From Verrucomicrobiota bacterium (GTDB lineage Bacteria > Verrucomicrobiota > Verrucomicrobiia > Opitutales > Opitutaceae): a stretch of 64,000 bases of DNA. The position numbers and the translations under genes were made by a program. Position 1 is the first letter of the stretch; the number at the start of each line of letters is the position of its first letter. Positions 30,189 to 39,805 of this stretch are shown here, piece by piece. A model generated the notes under the pieces. That model was not told the origin of the DNA. It searched no databases and worked only from the letters and a program-made list of their open reading frames with translations. Location of the stretch: positions 29,531 through 93,530 of the forward strand of contig JAEWKR010000119.1 in the NCBI GenBank assembly GCA_023457715.1, in the 5' to 3' direction.

Positions 30189-32165
30189 CTACCGCCTGTC
30201 GCCTGACTTGAGCCCGGTGACGAAGAGCGCGGCCCCCAGCACCACCGCCACGCTCCCGGCTATGATGACGAGGAGCACCCCGTGCCTCATCACGCGCCAG
30301 GTCCAATAGGAGAGGTTGGTCATTTCGACCGGCGCGCTGAACGCCAGCCAGCCGTCGGGGCTGGTGTCCGCCGCCGCCACGACGAAGGGCTGTGCGGGCG
30401 TGCGGGCGTACGCGGTGCGCCATGATTCCCCGGGATGCTTCGAGGGCCGGATCTCGGCCAGGGTACGCCCCGTCGCGGCGTCGAGCATGTACAGGTGGGT
30501 GCCGGCGGTCCCGATGTCACCGACCACGTCGAAGCGAAGCCATCCAGCCGCCGGCGGTGCCACGGGGAGGCTGCGCCATTCGCCGACGGCGCGCGCGCCC
30601 ACCTCCACCGAGTAGGAACCCCAGGTCGGACGGGACGGCAGCGGTCGCGTGCCGGCGGACAAACCGGAGCGGGGCGCAGGCTCGCCGGAGGTGGGTTGCA
30701 CCTCATTGCGTGCAAACGCCGACGCTGGCCCGGCGGGCTCCAGCCGCAGGGCGGGGCGCACGCTGGATGGCATCCGCGCCCGCAAGGCCGGGTGGGCGAG
30801 CCGATCCATCAACCCTTCCGCGTGGAGGTAGGGCAGGGGATCCCGGAGCTGCGCCGGGTCGTCGGTGGCGAGGTACGCGCGCAGATGGGTTTCGGCGGCG
30901 ATGTAATAGCTCCTCACCCGGGGCAGTTCGTCCGCGAGATTCGTTCGGCTCAGCGCAAACAGTCCCGCGCCCAGCGCGAAGGACCACGCGACCGCGAGCG
31001 CGCGCAGGGTCCACCGCGCCGGCATCGAGGGGGGCCGGCGCGACAGGAGCAGGCCGCACGCCAGCCCGTTGGCGATGGCTCCCACCATCAGGGTGTCCAT
31101 GTAACGCGAGGCGGGGTAAGGGGCACCGGCCCCGCGGGTATAGGCGGTGGCCAGGAGCTGCAGCAACACCCAGCCGCCCATTGCAACCGTCACGCGCGCC
31201 GCTCTCCCTCCGTCGATGGGGTTCGCGGCGGCGCGATGCCGGCGCCGGGCCGTCTCGCGGACCTGCGCTCCGAGCAGGACAACCCAGGGCAGCCAAAGGA
31301 CCGCGGCTCCCCAGGGCTGGCCGCGGAAGGGCCACTCGAGACTTCTGCCGAGGTAGAGGAGGAAGTCGGATGCGGTCCTGGCCTTCAGGGATTCATGGTA
31401 GTCAACTTCCAGCCGGGTCGTGAAACCCACCGCCACCAGCCCGGCGCACAGCACCCACGTCGGCCACACCCCGCGCCAGGTCGTTTCGCCATCGGCCAGC
31501 CGCCATGCCAGCACGACCAGGACGAGGGCGCTGCCGAAAAATCCGGAACCCATCGAGGCCAGGGAAAGGATGGCCGCCAGCGCGCCGCCCCACCAGCGCG
31601 CCGACCCGGCGCGCTCCGAGCCCAGCCAGCCGATGGTGAGCAGCGACAGGCCCGCCAGCCAGTATTGTTGCGAATGGAATCCGCCCAGGAGGTTCTGCCA
31701 CGCGAGCGGCAGCGCATAGATCAACCCGATCAGGATATACGCGGCGGCCGCCAGCGCACCGCGCAGATGCGCGCGGGCAAAGGCCCAGAGTCCGACGGCA
31801 ATCGCCGCGTGCAGCAGCGCGTTCACCGCGCACTCCACCCGGGAGTCCCAGTGCCCGCCCCCTGCGACCAGGCCGAGCGTCTGCAGCTTGGTGAGAATGA
31901 CCCGGTGTTCGTTATGGGGACGGAGGAGCGGCTCGGATGACGGTCCTTGTTCGAACCAGGGCGCCAGGAGATGCGCGCCCTCGGCGTCCCATTGATCCAT
32001 GTCCGGGATATCCGAGCCGAAGCGCAGCGCGACGGCCCAGTTCGCTCCCAGCACGACGAGAAAAAGACACAGCGACAATGCGCGCTCCAGCGTGCGCCGC
32101 CAACTGACCGTCGTCGGCACGCGGGTGTCTGCCGTCCCTGACGTGGCGTGTGACGTCGGCGTCAC
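30189..32165 (-). CDS. Multi-pass membrane protein, GT-C-like
   Basis: First TM followed by DIPDMDQWD and PHNEHR loop, ~11 TMs, SRY motif; in glycan operon. Confidence 0.68.
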   Translation of the reverse strand: MTPTSHATSGTADTRVPTTVSWRRTLERALSLCLFLVVLGANWAVALRFGSDIPDMDQWDAEGAHLLAPWFEQGPSSEPLLRPHNEHRVILTKLQTLGLVAGGGHWDSRVECAVNALLHAAIAVGLWAFARAHLRGALAAAAYILIGLIYALPLAWQNLLGGFHSQQYWLAGLSLLTIGWLGSERAGSARWWGGALAAILSLASMGSGFFGSALVLVVLAWRLADGETTWRGVWPTWVLCAGLVAVGFTTRLEVDYHESLKARTASDFLLYLGRSLEWPFRGQPWGAAVLWLPWVVLLGAQVRETARRRHRAAANPIDGGRAARVTVAMGGWVLLQLLATAYTRGAGAPYPASRYMDTLMVGAIANGLACGLLLSRRPPSMPARWTLRALAVAWSFALGAGLFALSRTNLADELPRVRSYYIAAETHLRAYLATDDPAQLRDPLPYLHAEGLMDRLAHPALRARMPSSVRPALRLEPAGPASAFARNEVQPTSGEPAPRSGLSAGTRPLPSRPTWGSYSVEVGARAVGEWRSLPVAPPAAGWLRFDVVGDIGTAGTHLYMLDAATGRTLAEIRPSKHPGESWRTAYARTPAQPFVVAAADTSPDGWLAFSAPVEMTNLSYWTWRVMRHGVLLVIIAGSVAVVLGAALFVTGLKSGDRR

Positions 32166-35100
32166 GGCGACACGCGCGGCGGCCAGGCCAGCTGCCAGCC
32201 CAGCAGATCAACCGACAGATTGGGGTTGTAGGCCGGATCCCGGTCGAGCAACGGACCCCAGGTGCGACGCATGTACTCGATCTCGCGCTGGAACCGGGCC
32301 TGGTGCTCCGGCGCGTGGTCGTTTCCCCGCGACGCTGATTCGTGATGGTACAGCTCGGCGAACGGCGTCCACAGGTTCCAGTATCCGGCCGCTCTGAGAC
32401 GAAGACAAAGGTCGATGTCGTTGAAGGCCACGGCGAGATCCCGCTCGTTGAACCCGCCCACCTGCTCGAAGGCGCTCCGCCGGACGGCCAGGCAGGCCGC
32501 GGTCACCGCGCTGTAGTTCTGGGCCAGCCGCGCCCGGTTCATGTAGCCGTCCGTCCCGTGTGGATACCGCAGGAACGCATGGTTCGCCACGCCGCCGAGC
32601 CCGAGCACCACGCCGGCATGCTGGATCGTGGCGTCAGGGTAGTAGAGCATCGCCCCCACGGCGCCGATCTCCGGGCGGAGGGCGTGGCTCACCAGTTCGT
32701 CGAGCCAGCGGCCCGTGATGACCTCCATGTCGTTGTTGAGGAAGCACAGCACCTCGCCCTGGGCAGCCGCGGCCGCGCGGTTGTTGATCGCCGAAAAGTT
32801 GAACGGCGCATCGTGGGACAGGACCCGCACGTGGTCCTCCGCCTCCAGCCGCGCCAGCAGGTCCCGGGCGGCCGGGTCGTCCGAACGGTTGTCCACGACG
32901 ATGATCTCGTAATTCGGATAATCGGTGCGGGCAATGATCGAGCCGACGCAGGTCCGCACGAGGTTCGCCGCGTTGCGGGTGGGGATGATGATGCTGACGA
33001 GGGGAGCCTTTTCCGGCACCGGGTAGACGATCTGCCAATGGTCGCCCGGAACCCGCCGGAGCTGGGCCGCAATCCCCCGCCGCTCGAGATGGTCGGACAA
33101 CGCGCGCTGCGCGGCGGTCACGGTATAGCTTTTCTCGCCGACGGCGACGGCGGTCGATCCGCTGATTGCGCGCCAGTGATACAGGACTTTCGGAATGTGA
33201 CCGATCCGATCGGGGGCGATCGCGTCCACGACCCGCAATGAGAGGTCCCAGTCCTGGCTGCCCTCGTAGCCCGCGCGAAACCCGCCCACGCGCCGGACCA
33301 CCTCCGTGCGGTACACCGAGAGGTGGGATATGCAGTTCTGGCCCCGCAGCAGGTCCGGCAGGTAGTCGGGCTTGAAATACGGGCTGAAGCGCCGCCCATT
33401 CTCGTCGATCTTGTCCTCGTCCGAGAAAACGAGGTCGGTCCCGGGCCGGTCGGCGAGCCACAGCACCACTTCGGCCAGCGCGTCGGGCGACAACTCGTCA
33501 TCATGGTCGAGGAGTGCCACGAACTCGCCGGCAGCCAGTTCGAGCGCGGAGTTGGAGGCCGCGGAAATGTGCCCGTTGCCGGAGCGGAAAACCACGCGGA
33601 TCCGCGGGTCCGTGGCCTGCCACCGCTCAAGGACCGCGCGCACGTGCGGCCGGGTCGAGGCGTCATCGGCAATGCACAATTCCCATTGTTCATACACCTG
33701 CTCGCGGACCGATTCGATCGCCCGCGTGAGCCAGCGTTCGTCCACGTTGTACACGGGCATGACGACCGAAATGAGCGGCCGGCGGTTCGCGGGCAGAGCC
33801 GCCAGCCGCTGGCGCAGCCGCGCGGCGACTTCCGGCGTCACGGTGGAGAAGGTCTGCACCCACGCGGTGTAATCCCGCGCATCGCGGGGTTGATGCGTGC
33901 CCTGCAGCAGGCCCTCCCGCAACGGGTGCCACGTCCCGTCTGCCGCCTGGGTCTCGATCACCAGCCGGCGCGGAGCGTCCGGTTCGAGACGATAGTGGAA
34001 TTCAAAGCCGCAGTTCGCGGCCTCGGCGCCCAGTCCGTGGGCGGCCGCGACGTCCGGCCGGGGGAGATCGGTGCGACCGTGCAGCACCACGCCGTCGAGG
34101 GTGGCGCGCACCCCGCGGATTTTTGCGGTTCCTTCCCGCAGACACCATCCGGCGATCGTTCCCGCGACGGGGGCGGCGTCCCAGAAGGCCGGCCGGTCGA
34201 TTGCGGCCGCCACGGGCGTGGAGGCGCGGCCCGCGGCGCCACCGGGTGAGGCGTTCGGCCGGAGCCACGGATCGACCACGGCCCGCCGGAGTGCGCGAGC
34301 CGGCGACGTCGCCTGCCAGGACCACGAGGCCTGCATCCGCCGGATCTTGGCGTCGCGTTCCGCCACGGCACTTTCCAGCGTGGCGCGGGTGCCCGCGAGT
34401 TCGCGCGTCAGCGCCGCGATCTGCTCCTCCTGCCCGGCGGCCTGGTCGCGCAGCGTCGCGCGGTCGCGGGCCGCCTGTTCCCCGGCCGCGCGCTGGAGTT
34501 CAAGCTCCCAGTGCTGACGGCGCAGCCGGGCTTCGGCTTCCTGCAGCCGGGCATTGGCTTCCCGCAGCCGGGCACTGGCGACGGCGGCCGCGTTGGCCAG
34601 TTCGGCTTCGCGCTGCTCGAATCGTTGCTGGGACTCGGCCAGCGTCGCGCGGTGGCCGATTTCCGCCGCCTCCTTTTCCTGCCGCAGGCGTTCGAGCCGG
34701 TGCTCCAGTTGCGGCAGGCGCGGGTCGCGGATCGCCGAATACAGATGCGGCCAGAGCTCGCGCCAGACGGGGCCCGCCGCCTGTACCTCGGCTTCGACCG
34801 CGGCCATGGCGCTGAGAATCTCGCGGTTGCGACGGGCATGGCTCGCGGGCACGAGGCGGTAATCGAACAGCACCTCCGGCACGGTTTCGAGGCGTCCGCC
34901 GGCCGCCAGCAGCGACAACAGGAACTGCCAGTCCTCGCTGGCGCTGCGGTTGGACTCCGGAAAGCCGCCCAGCTTCCTGAAGACCTCCCGGCGGACGATG
35001 AAGTTGGTGTCGCCCAGGACGTTTTCCACCAGCGCGAGCTCCCGGCAGGGGCCCAGGGGCGCGAAGACGTAAGCCTCGGCGGACGAGGCCGCCGGTCCGC

Positions 35101-36157
35101 TGGGGAACGCGCGGAAGGCACACGTGACCGCATCCGCGCCGGTTTGCGCCAGCGCCCGCGCCAGCGTCGCCACCATCGCCGGACGAAAACGGTTGTCCGC
35201 GTCGCAAAAAACGAGCGCCTCACCGGTCGCCTCCGCTGCCAGTCGGTTGCGCGCGGCCGCGGGGCCCGCGTTTGCCTGCCGCAGGAAACGCCAGCCCCGG
35301 CCCGCATGCCGTCGCTCCTCGGCCGCGTAGGCCTCGGCCGCAGCCGCAGAGGGGGAACCATCGTCGATGACCACCACTTCGTGCGGGGGCAGGGTCTGGG
35401 CGGCGAGCGAGTCGAGCGCCTCCGCGAGAAAGCCCGGTTGCTCGTAATAGGGCACGCACACGGTCACCCGAGGGAGGGCGGCGGGGGCGCGGGGAGAGCG
35501 CCGCGGCGTCGGGTGGCGAAGGAGGGACGTCCAGGCGCGCTCGTTCCAATCCAGCGAGTGGAGGCGGTCGGGAGCGATCTCACCCGTGTCGCGAAGACGT
35601 GAGGCGATCGCAGGGTCGGCGGCCAGCACCGCGTCGGCAAGGGCCAGGGCGCGGCGTTCGAGAAAGTCGTGGATCAGTCCGTCGCGCACCGTGAGTTCCC
35701 CGGCGTCGCCCGTTTCCCGACGCACCCGCGCCTGGGGCAGGACGGTGAGGATCAGCGTGAAGGTCGTGTGGCTGAACTTCCCGGTTGTCTCGCGTGCCAC
35801 CAGCGTGATCGCCGCCGCCGCCAACTGGCCGGCCGCAACCACGACGTCCGGCTCCTCCCGTCCCAGCCGCGCCGCGATCGCGTGGGCAAATTGATGCGTG
35901 GCGGTCGCCGGATAGAGGGGGGCGTCAAACGGCGGTTCACAGCCGCGCACGGGCACGTAATCCAGCCCGCCCGCCTCGGCCGCGGCCCGCACCTCGCTGC
36001 GGAGCGGTTCACCGGTGAGGTCCAGATGCAGCAGGGTCACGGAGTGACCGTCCGCCCGCGCCTGCGCGCCCAGCGGGAGCACGCGGGCGAGCAGATCCCG
36101 AAAGCCCGTGGGGGGCAGATACGGGGACTCGGCGAGCAACAGGCAGAAGCGGCTCAT
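32162..36157 (-). CDS. Multidomain glycosyltransferase (GT2 - coiled coil - accessory domain - GT2 - GT2)
   Basis: Three GT2 starts (VTVCVPYYE, ISVVMPVYN, VSIIIPTRN), DxD-type motifs, C-terminal DPAYNPNL. Confidence 0.9.
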   Translation of the reverse strand: MSRFCLLLAESPYLPPTGFRDLLARVLPLGAQARADGHSVTLLHLDLTGEPLRSEVRAAAEAGGLDYVPVRGCEPPFDAPLYPATATHQFAHAIAARLGREEPDVVVAAGQLAAAAITLVARETTGKFSHTTFTLILTVLPQARVRRETGDAGELTVRDGLIHDFLERRALALADAVLAADPAIASRLRDTGEIAPDRLHSLDWNERAWTSLLRHPTPRRSPRAPAALPRVTVCVPYYEQPGFLAEALDSLAAQTLPPHEVVVIDDGSPSAAAAEAYAAEERRHAGRGWRFLRQANAGPAAARNRLAAEATGEALVFCDADNRFRPAMVATLARALAQTGADAVTCAFRAFPSGPAASSAEAYVFAPLGPCRELALVENVLGDTNFIVRREVFRKLGGFPESNRSASEDWQFLLSLLAAGGRLETVPEVLFDYRLVPASHARRNREILSAMAAVEAEVQAAGPVWRELWPHLYSAIRDPRLPQLEHRLERLRQEKEAAEIGHRATLAESQQRFEQREAELANAAAVASARLREANARLQEAEARLRRQHWELELQRAAGEQAARDRATLRDQAAGQEEQIAALTRELAGTRATLESAVAERDAKIRRMQASWSWQATSPARALRRAVVDPWLRPNASPGGAAGRASTPVAAAIDRPAFWDAAPVAGTIAGWCLREGTAKIRGVRATLDGVVLHGRTDLPRPDVAAAHGLGAEAANCGFEFHYRLEPDAPRRLVIETQAADGTWHPLREGLLQGTHQPRDARDYTAWVQTFSTVTPEVAARLRQRLAALPANRRPLISVVMPVYNVDERWLTRAIESVREQVYEQWELCIADDASTRPHVRAVLERWQATDPRIRVVFRSGNGHISAASNSALELAAGEFVALLDHDDELSPDALAEVVLWLADRPGTDLVFSDEDKIDENGRRFSPYFKPDYLPDLLRGQNCISHLSVYRTEVVRRVGGFRAGYEGSQDWDLSLRVVDAIAPDRIGHIPKVLYHWRAISGSTAVAVGEKSYTVTAAQRALSDHLERRGIAAQLRRVPGDHWQIVYPVPEKAPLVSIIIPTRNAANLVRTCVGSIIARTDYPNYEIIVVDNRSDDPAARDLLARLEAEDHVRVLSHDAPFNFSAINNRAAAAAQGEVLCFLNNDMEVITGRWLDELVSHALRPEIGAVGAMLYYPDATIQHAGVVLGLGGVANHAFLRYPHGTDGYMNRARLAQNYSAVTAACLAVRRSAFEQVGGFNERDLAVAFNDIDLCLRLRAAGYWNLWTPFAELYHHESASRGNDHAPEHQARFQREIEYMRRTWGPLLDRDPAYNPNLSVDLLGWQLAWPPRVSP

Positions 36158-37518
36158 AGACGGATCCCACGTTGCCAGAGCGCGAGGAGTAAAGCGCTCT
36201 CAAATTGCGCCCGGCGCATGCTGACATGCATCTCTGCTTCCGTGGGTTTCCGGCCCAGCGAGCGTTCCCGCAGCCGGTTCATTTCCGGGATGCCGCGCGT
36301 CTCGATCTCGGCCTGGGATTTCTGCCGGCGGTGGAGCCGGAACGCACCGAGAAAGCAGGGCACGCGGGCGAAGCGGGCGCCGGCCGCCTCGAAGCGCAGC
36401 ACCAGATCCCAATCCATCGCGAAGTGAAACTCGGGATTGATGCCACCGACGCGGTCCCACACGCGGCGCCGCCACACGAGGGTCTCCTGCGGGATCAGGT
36501 CATGCAGCCGGAGATCGTCGCAGCGGCGCCGCGGCGTGAACCAGCGCCCGACTTCGCGATCCTCCTCATCGATCAGGATCCGGTGCCCGTACAGCACGTC
36601 GACCGACGGGTGGCGCGCGAAGTACTCCGCGATGTACCGCGCCGCCCCGGGGGCCAGGATGTCATCGGAATTCAGATACATCATCAGGTCGTCGGGACCG
36701 GCGTCGAGGTGCCGGAATCCGCGGACGATCGCGTCGGCCTGCCCGCCGTCGGGGCGGGAGTCCCAGGCCTTGAGCTGACCCGCGTGCGCCGCGATGAGGG
36801 CGGCGCTGCCATCGGTGGAGCCGCCGTCCTGGACGATGTAGTCGATGCGGCAGCGGGTTTGCGACAGCACGCTGCGCATCGTGGCCGGCAGGTAGGCCGC
36901 CTGCTGGAAGGAAGGCGTGACGATGGTGAGCTTCGGCAGCGTGGAGGCGGGGAGGGTTCCCGCCGCCAGCGTATCGTGCACCACGGGCCGGGGCGGGTGG
37001 AGGGCCGCGAGCTGCAGATTGAGCCAGCCGCGTTGTCGGGCCCACGCCACCGCAAAGTCGCGATCGCCGTGCGTCATCCGCTCCCACCGCCTGCGCTCGC
37101 CGGCGAGCGCCCCGAGCCAGAACCGGGCGCCCCCAAACCGGGGGCTGCCGGACGCCGCGGGTGTCACCCGGACCTCGAACTGTTGGAACGGGATCCAACC
37201 CCCTTCGAGCAGCGCCTCGAGTTCGATTCGCGCGCGTCCTGGCGGCAGCTCCAGCGCGATTTCGAAACCGCAGTCCCTGGCCACGGGATCCACCGGCGCG
37301 AACATCGCCTGCACATCGGGTCGTGCGCCGCCGTACCAGCCGGTTTGGATCCGACGGCCCACCCGCGCGCGCACGCTCCGCACCGGTTCGCCGGAGCGGT
37401 GATAACACCAGCCGCGGACCACGGTGCGCGGGGACGCCGGTGCGCTCTGGAGCGGATGATCAACCCAGCTGCGCATCGCCGGATCCACGGCGCCAGCAGC
37501 GGCGTTGATCTCGTTCAC
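36154..37518 (-). CDS. GT2 glycosyltransferase with N-terminal accessory domain
   Basis: TIVTPSFQQ, QDGGSTDGS, GQADAI, YLNSDD, FAMDWDL. Confidence 0.88.
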   Translation of the reverse strand: MNEINAAAGAVDPAMRSWVDHPLQSAPASPRTVVRGWCYHRSGEPVRSVRARVGRRIQTGWYGGARPDVQAMFAPVDPVARDCGFEIALELPPGRARIELEALLEGGWIPFQQFEVRVTPAASGSPRFGGARFWLGALAGERRRWERMTHGDRDFAVAWARQRGWLNLQLAALHPPRPVVHDTLAAGTLPASTLPKLTIVTPSFQQAAYLPATMRSVLSQTRCRIDYIVQDGGSTDGSAALIAAHAGQLKAWDSRPDGGQADAIVRGFRHLDAGPDDLMMYLNSDDILAPGAARYIAEYFARHPSVDVLYGHRILIDEEDREVGRWFTPRRRCDDLRLHDLIPQETLVWRRRVWDRVGGINPEFHFAMDWDLVLRFEAAGARFARVPCFLGAFRLHRRQKSQAEIETRGIPEMNRLRERSLGRKPTEAEMHVSMRRAQFESALLLALWQRGIRL

Positions 37519-37540
37519 AAGGCAGGCGTCCCGCCCACGC

Positions 37541-38260
37541 CTAGAGCTTGAAGCCGGCGGAAACGGCGTCCTTGGCGAAACCCTTCACCGTGTCGAGGGA
37601 GAGCTCCGTCAGATCCATGCCGTACATCTTGGCCGCCTTGGCGAGAATGTCGTGTGGCACGGTGATGATGGCGCAGCCGCATTCCTGCGCCTGGAAGATA
37701 TTGAGCACTTCGCGCGTGCTGGCCCACAACAGCTCTGCCTTCGGCTGGGCGTGCAGCAGCGCGCCGGACGCGCGCATGATCGGCATCGGGTCGACGCCGG
37801 TGTCGGCGATGCGGCCCGCGAACACGGAAACCACGGAGGGCACCGCGGGGTTGAGCGCCTCGGCCACACCTGCGACCTGCGGCAGCGTGAGCAGGGCGGT
37901 GACATTGAGCTTCACGCCCTCCTTGCCCAGCTCCTTGATCAGCGGAAGGCAGGACTCGCCGCGCGAGTTGGTGATCGGGATCTTGGTGTAGACGTTCTTC
38001 GCCCAGCCATTGATCTTCAGCGCCTGCCGGCGCATCTCCGTCAGGTCGTCCGTGAACACCTCCAGCGAGATCGGTTTCCCGGTGACCGACAGCAGCACCT
38101 CCTTCGCGAACGCCTCGTAATCGGAGATGCCCGCCTTCTTCATCAACGACGGATTGGTCGTCAGGCCCTTGATGTAGGGCTTGGCGTAAAGGTCCAGAAT
38201 GCCGGCCTTGTCGGCGCCGTCGGCATAAAGCTGAATGGTAAGGTCGTTGAGGGATTTCAT
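37541..38260 (-). CDS. tal: Transaldolase (short TalC/Fsa type)
   Basis: YADGAD, GLTTNPSL, SLEV, YTKIP, LNVTAL, SVFAGRIADTG, WASTRE. Confidence 0.9.
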   Translation of the reverse strand: MKSLNDLTIQLYADGADKAGILDLYAKPYIKGLTTNPSLMKKAGISDYEAFAKEVLLSVTGKPISLEVFTDDLTEMRRQALKINGWAKNVYTKIPITNSRGESCLPLIKELGKEGVKLNVTALLTLPQVAGVAEALNPAVPSVVSVFAGRIADTGVDPMPIMRASGALLHAQPKAELLWASTREVLNIFQAQECGCAIITVPHDILAKAAKMYGMDLTELSLDTVKGFAKDAVSAGFKL

Positions 38261-38332
38261 CGGCGGAGGTGTGGTATTTGCTCAAGCGGACGACGCGCCG
38301 TGCTTCGTCGCAAGGGCAAATTGGAGAGGGGG

Positions 38333-38515
38333 AAGGGACCTAAAGGACCAAAAGGACCTAAAGGACCAAAAGGACCTAAGGGACGAAAAGGAAAGGGCGG
38401 GTCCCGCCTGCCGGTGGAGGAGGTTTACCTGCATAGAAGATTGGCTGACGCTACAGCCGTCCCGTCGGCTGCGTCCCTTCGGTCCCTTACGTCCCTTAGG
38501 TCGCTTAGGTCCCTT
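38333..38515. repeat. Inverted 9-mer tandem arrays (AARGGACCW-like x6 / NNGTCCCTT-like x5)
   Basis: 38333-38392 and 38471-38515 read directly; the gmhB stop codon lies inside the right arm. Confidence 0.9.
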
Positions 38516-39086
38516 TTTTTTCCCCCAGAATTACCTCCACTGCCTCGCTGAAGGTCCGCACCGTGTGATCGGGCGCGTGGCGAAGCTCCTCGGCGTAGCC
38601 AAAATCGATGAACACGGTGCGCAGCCCGGCGCGTTGGCCGCAATCGACGTCACGCCAGCGGTCCCCGACCATCCACGAACGGGTCAGGTCCAGGCCAAGC
38701 GCCTCGGCGGCGTCAAGGATCATGCCCGGCTCCGGCTTGCGGCGGCGATCGGGGGGCTGGGATTTATCCGTCCCGGGAGCGTAGCACACTTCGATCCGCA
38801 CGATTTCCGGCACTGCGGCCCGCAGGCGCGCGTGCATGGCCTCCACCTCGGCCCGGGACTGCGTGCCGCGGCCGACGTCAGGCTGGTTGGTTGCGACGAC
38901 CAGCACGTACCCCGCCGCCGCCAGCCGGGCGCAGCCCTCGGCCACGCCGGGAAAAAGCTCGAACTCGGCCAGCGTTTGCGGCGGGTAGGGCCGCCCGTCG
39001 CGCACGATCTGGCGGTTCAGCGTGCCGTCACGATCGAGGAACACCGCCGGCCGGCTGAGTCGGGCATCCGGCCGGGCTGGAGCCAT
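38505..39086 (-). CDS. gmhB: D-glycero-D-manno-heptose-1,7-bisphosphate phosphatase (HAD-IIIA)
   Basis: FLDRDGTLN, TNQPD, RKPEPGM, MVGDRWRDV. Confidence 0.88.
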   Translation of the reverse strand: MAPARPDARLSRPAVFLDRDGTLNRQIVRDGRPYPPQTLAEFELFPGVAEGCARLAAAGYVLVVATNQPDVGRGTQSRAEVEAMHARLRAAVPEIVRIEVCYAPGTDKSQPPDRRRKPEPGMILDAAEALGLDLTRSWMVGDRWRDVDCGQRAGLRTVFIDFGYAEELRHAPDHTVRTFSEAVEVILGEKKGT

Positions 39087-39091
39087 GGAGT

Positions 39092-39697
39092 TCAAGGCTT
39101 GGCCGCGACGCTCTCCCACTTGGTCTGATTCATTTTCAGCTCGGGGTGGGAGACGAAGAGATGCCAGATCACCGCCTGGAAGGCTTCGCTGTGGGGGGTG
39201 ATGTTGGCCGGATTGACCACGGGGATGATGACACAGGCATGGGCGACCTTGGCCGTGTAGCCCCCGTCCTTGCCGACGATCCCGACCACCGAGGCGCCGA
39301 CCTCCTTCGCCAGTTGCAATGCGAGGACCAGGTTTGGAGAGACATTCTTCTCGAGGTTGCCGCCGCCGACCGAGAAAACCAGCAGGCCGTCCCTGGCGTT
39401 CAGGCGGGAGCCGCGCAGCCATTCGGCGAAGACCGTGCTCCAGCCTTCGTCGTTCGTCCGGGCCGTCAGTTCGGATACGTTGTCCGTCGGCGCGTAGCAT
39501 TCGAAGCCGCCGATCTTCCGGAAATCGTTCACCGCATGCGACGCGTTGGCCGCGCTTCCGCCGACCCCGAGAATGAAGAGCCGTCCGCCGCGTTCGCGGA
39601 CCGCTCGGAGTTCGCGGACGCATTTTTCGCAGTCGTCAGGGTTCAACCGGGAAACGATCTCGACCGTCTCCTTCAGGTGTTGGGCGGAATATGACAT
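39092..39697 (-). CDS. gmhA: Phosphoheptose isomerase (SIS domain)
   Basis: GVGGSAANASH, TARTND, FSVGG, SPNLV; heptose-operon context. Confidence 0.85.
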   Translation of the reverse strand: MSYSAQHLKETVEIVSRLNPDDCEKCVRELRAVRERGGRLFILGVGGSAANASHAVNDFRKIGGFECYAPTDNVSELTARTNDEGWSTVFAEWLRGSRLNARDGLLVFSVGGGNLEKNVSPNLVLALQLAKEVGASVVGIVGKDGGYTAKVAHACVIIPVVNPANITPHSEAFQAVIWHLFVSHPELKMNQTKWESVAAKP

Positions 39698-39757
39698 CAG
39701 GCCAAAAAAGGGAAAACCTCCCGGCGCGTGAAGGCAGAAATGAACCTGCCGTCGTTC

Positions 39758-39805
39758 CTCCCTTACTCCCTCACTCCCTTATTCCCTCACTCCCTCACTC
39801 CCTTC
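39758..39805. repeat. Solo 8-mer tandem array (YTCCCTYA-like x6) spanning the hddC stop
   Basis: ctccctta ctccctca ctccctta ttccctca ctccctca ctcccttc. Confidence 0.8.

Noticed and set aside
37505..38551. Plus-strand ORF with collagen-like GPKGPKGPK and SLRSLTSLR repeats
   Set aside because: Translation artefact of the 9-mer arrays plus the antisense of tal.
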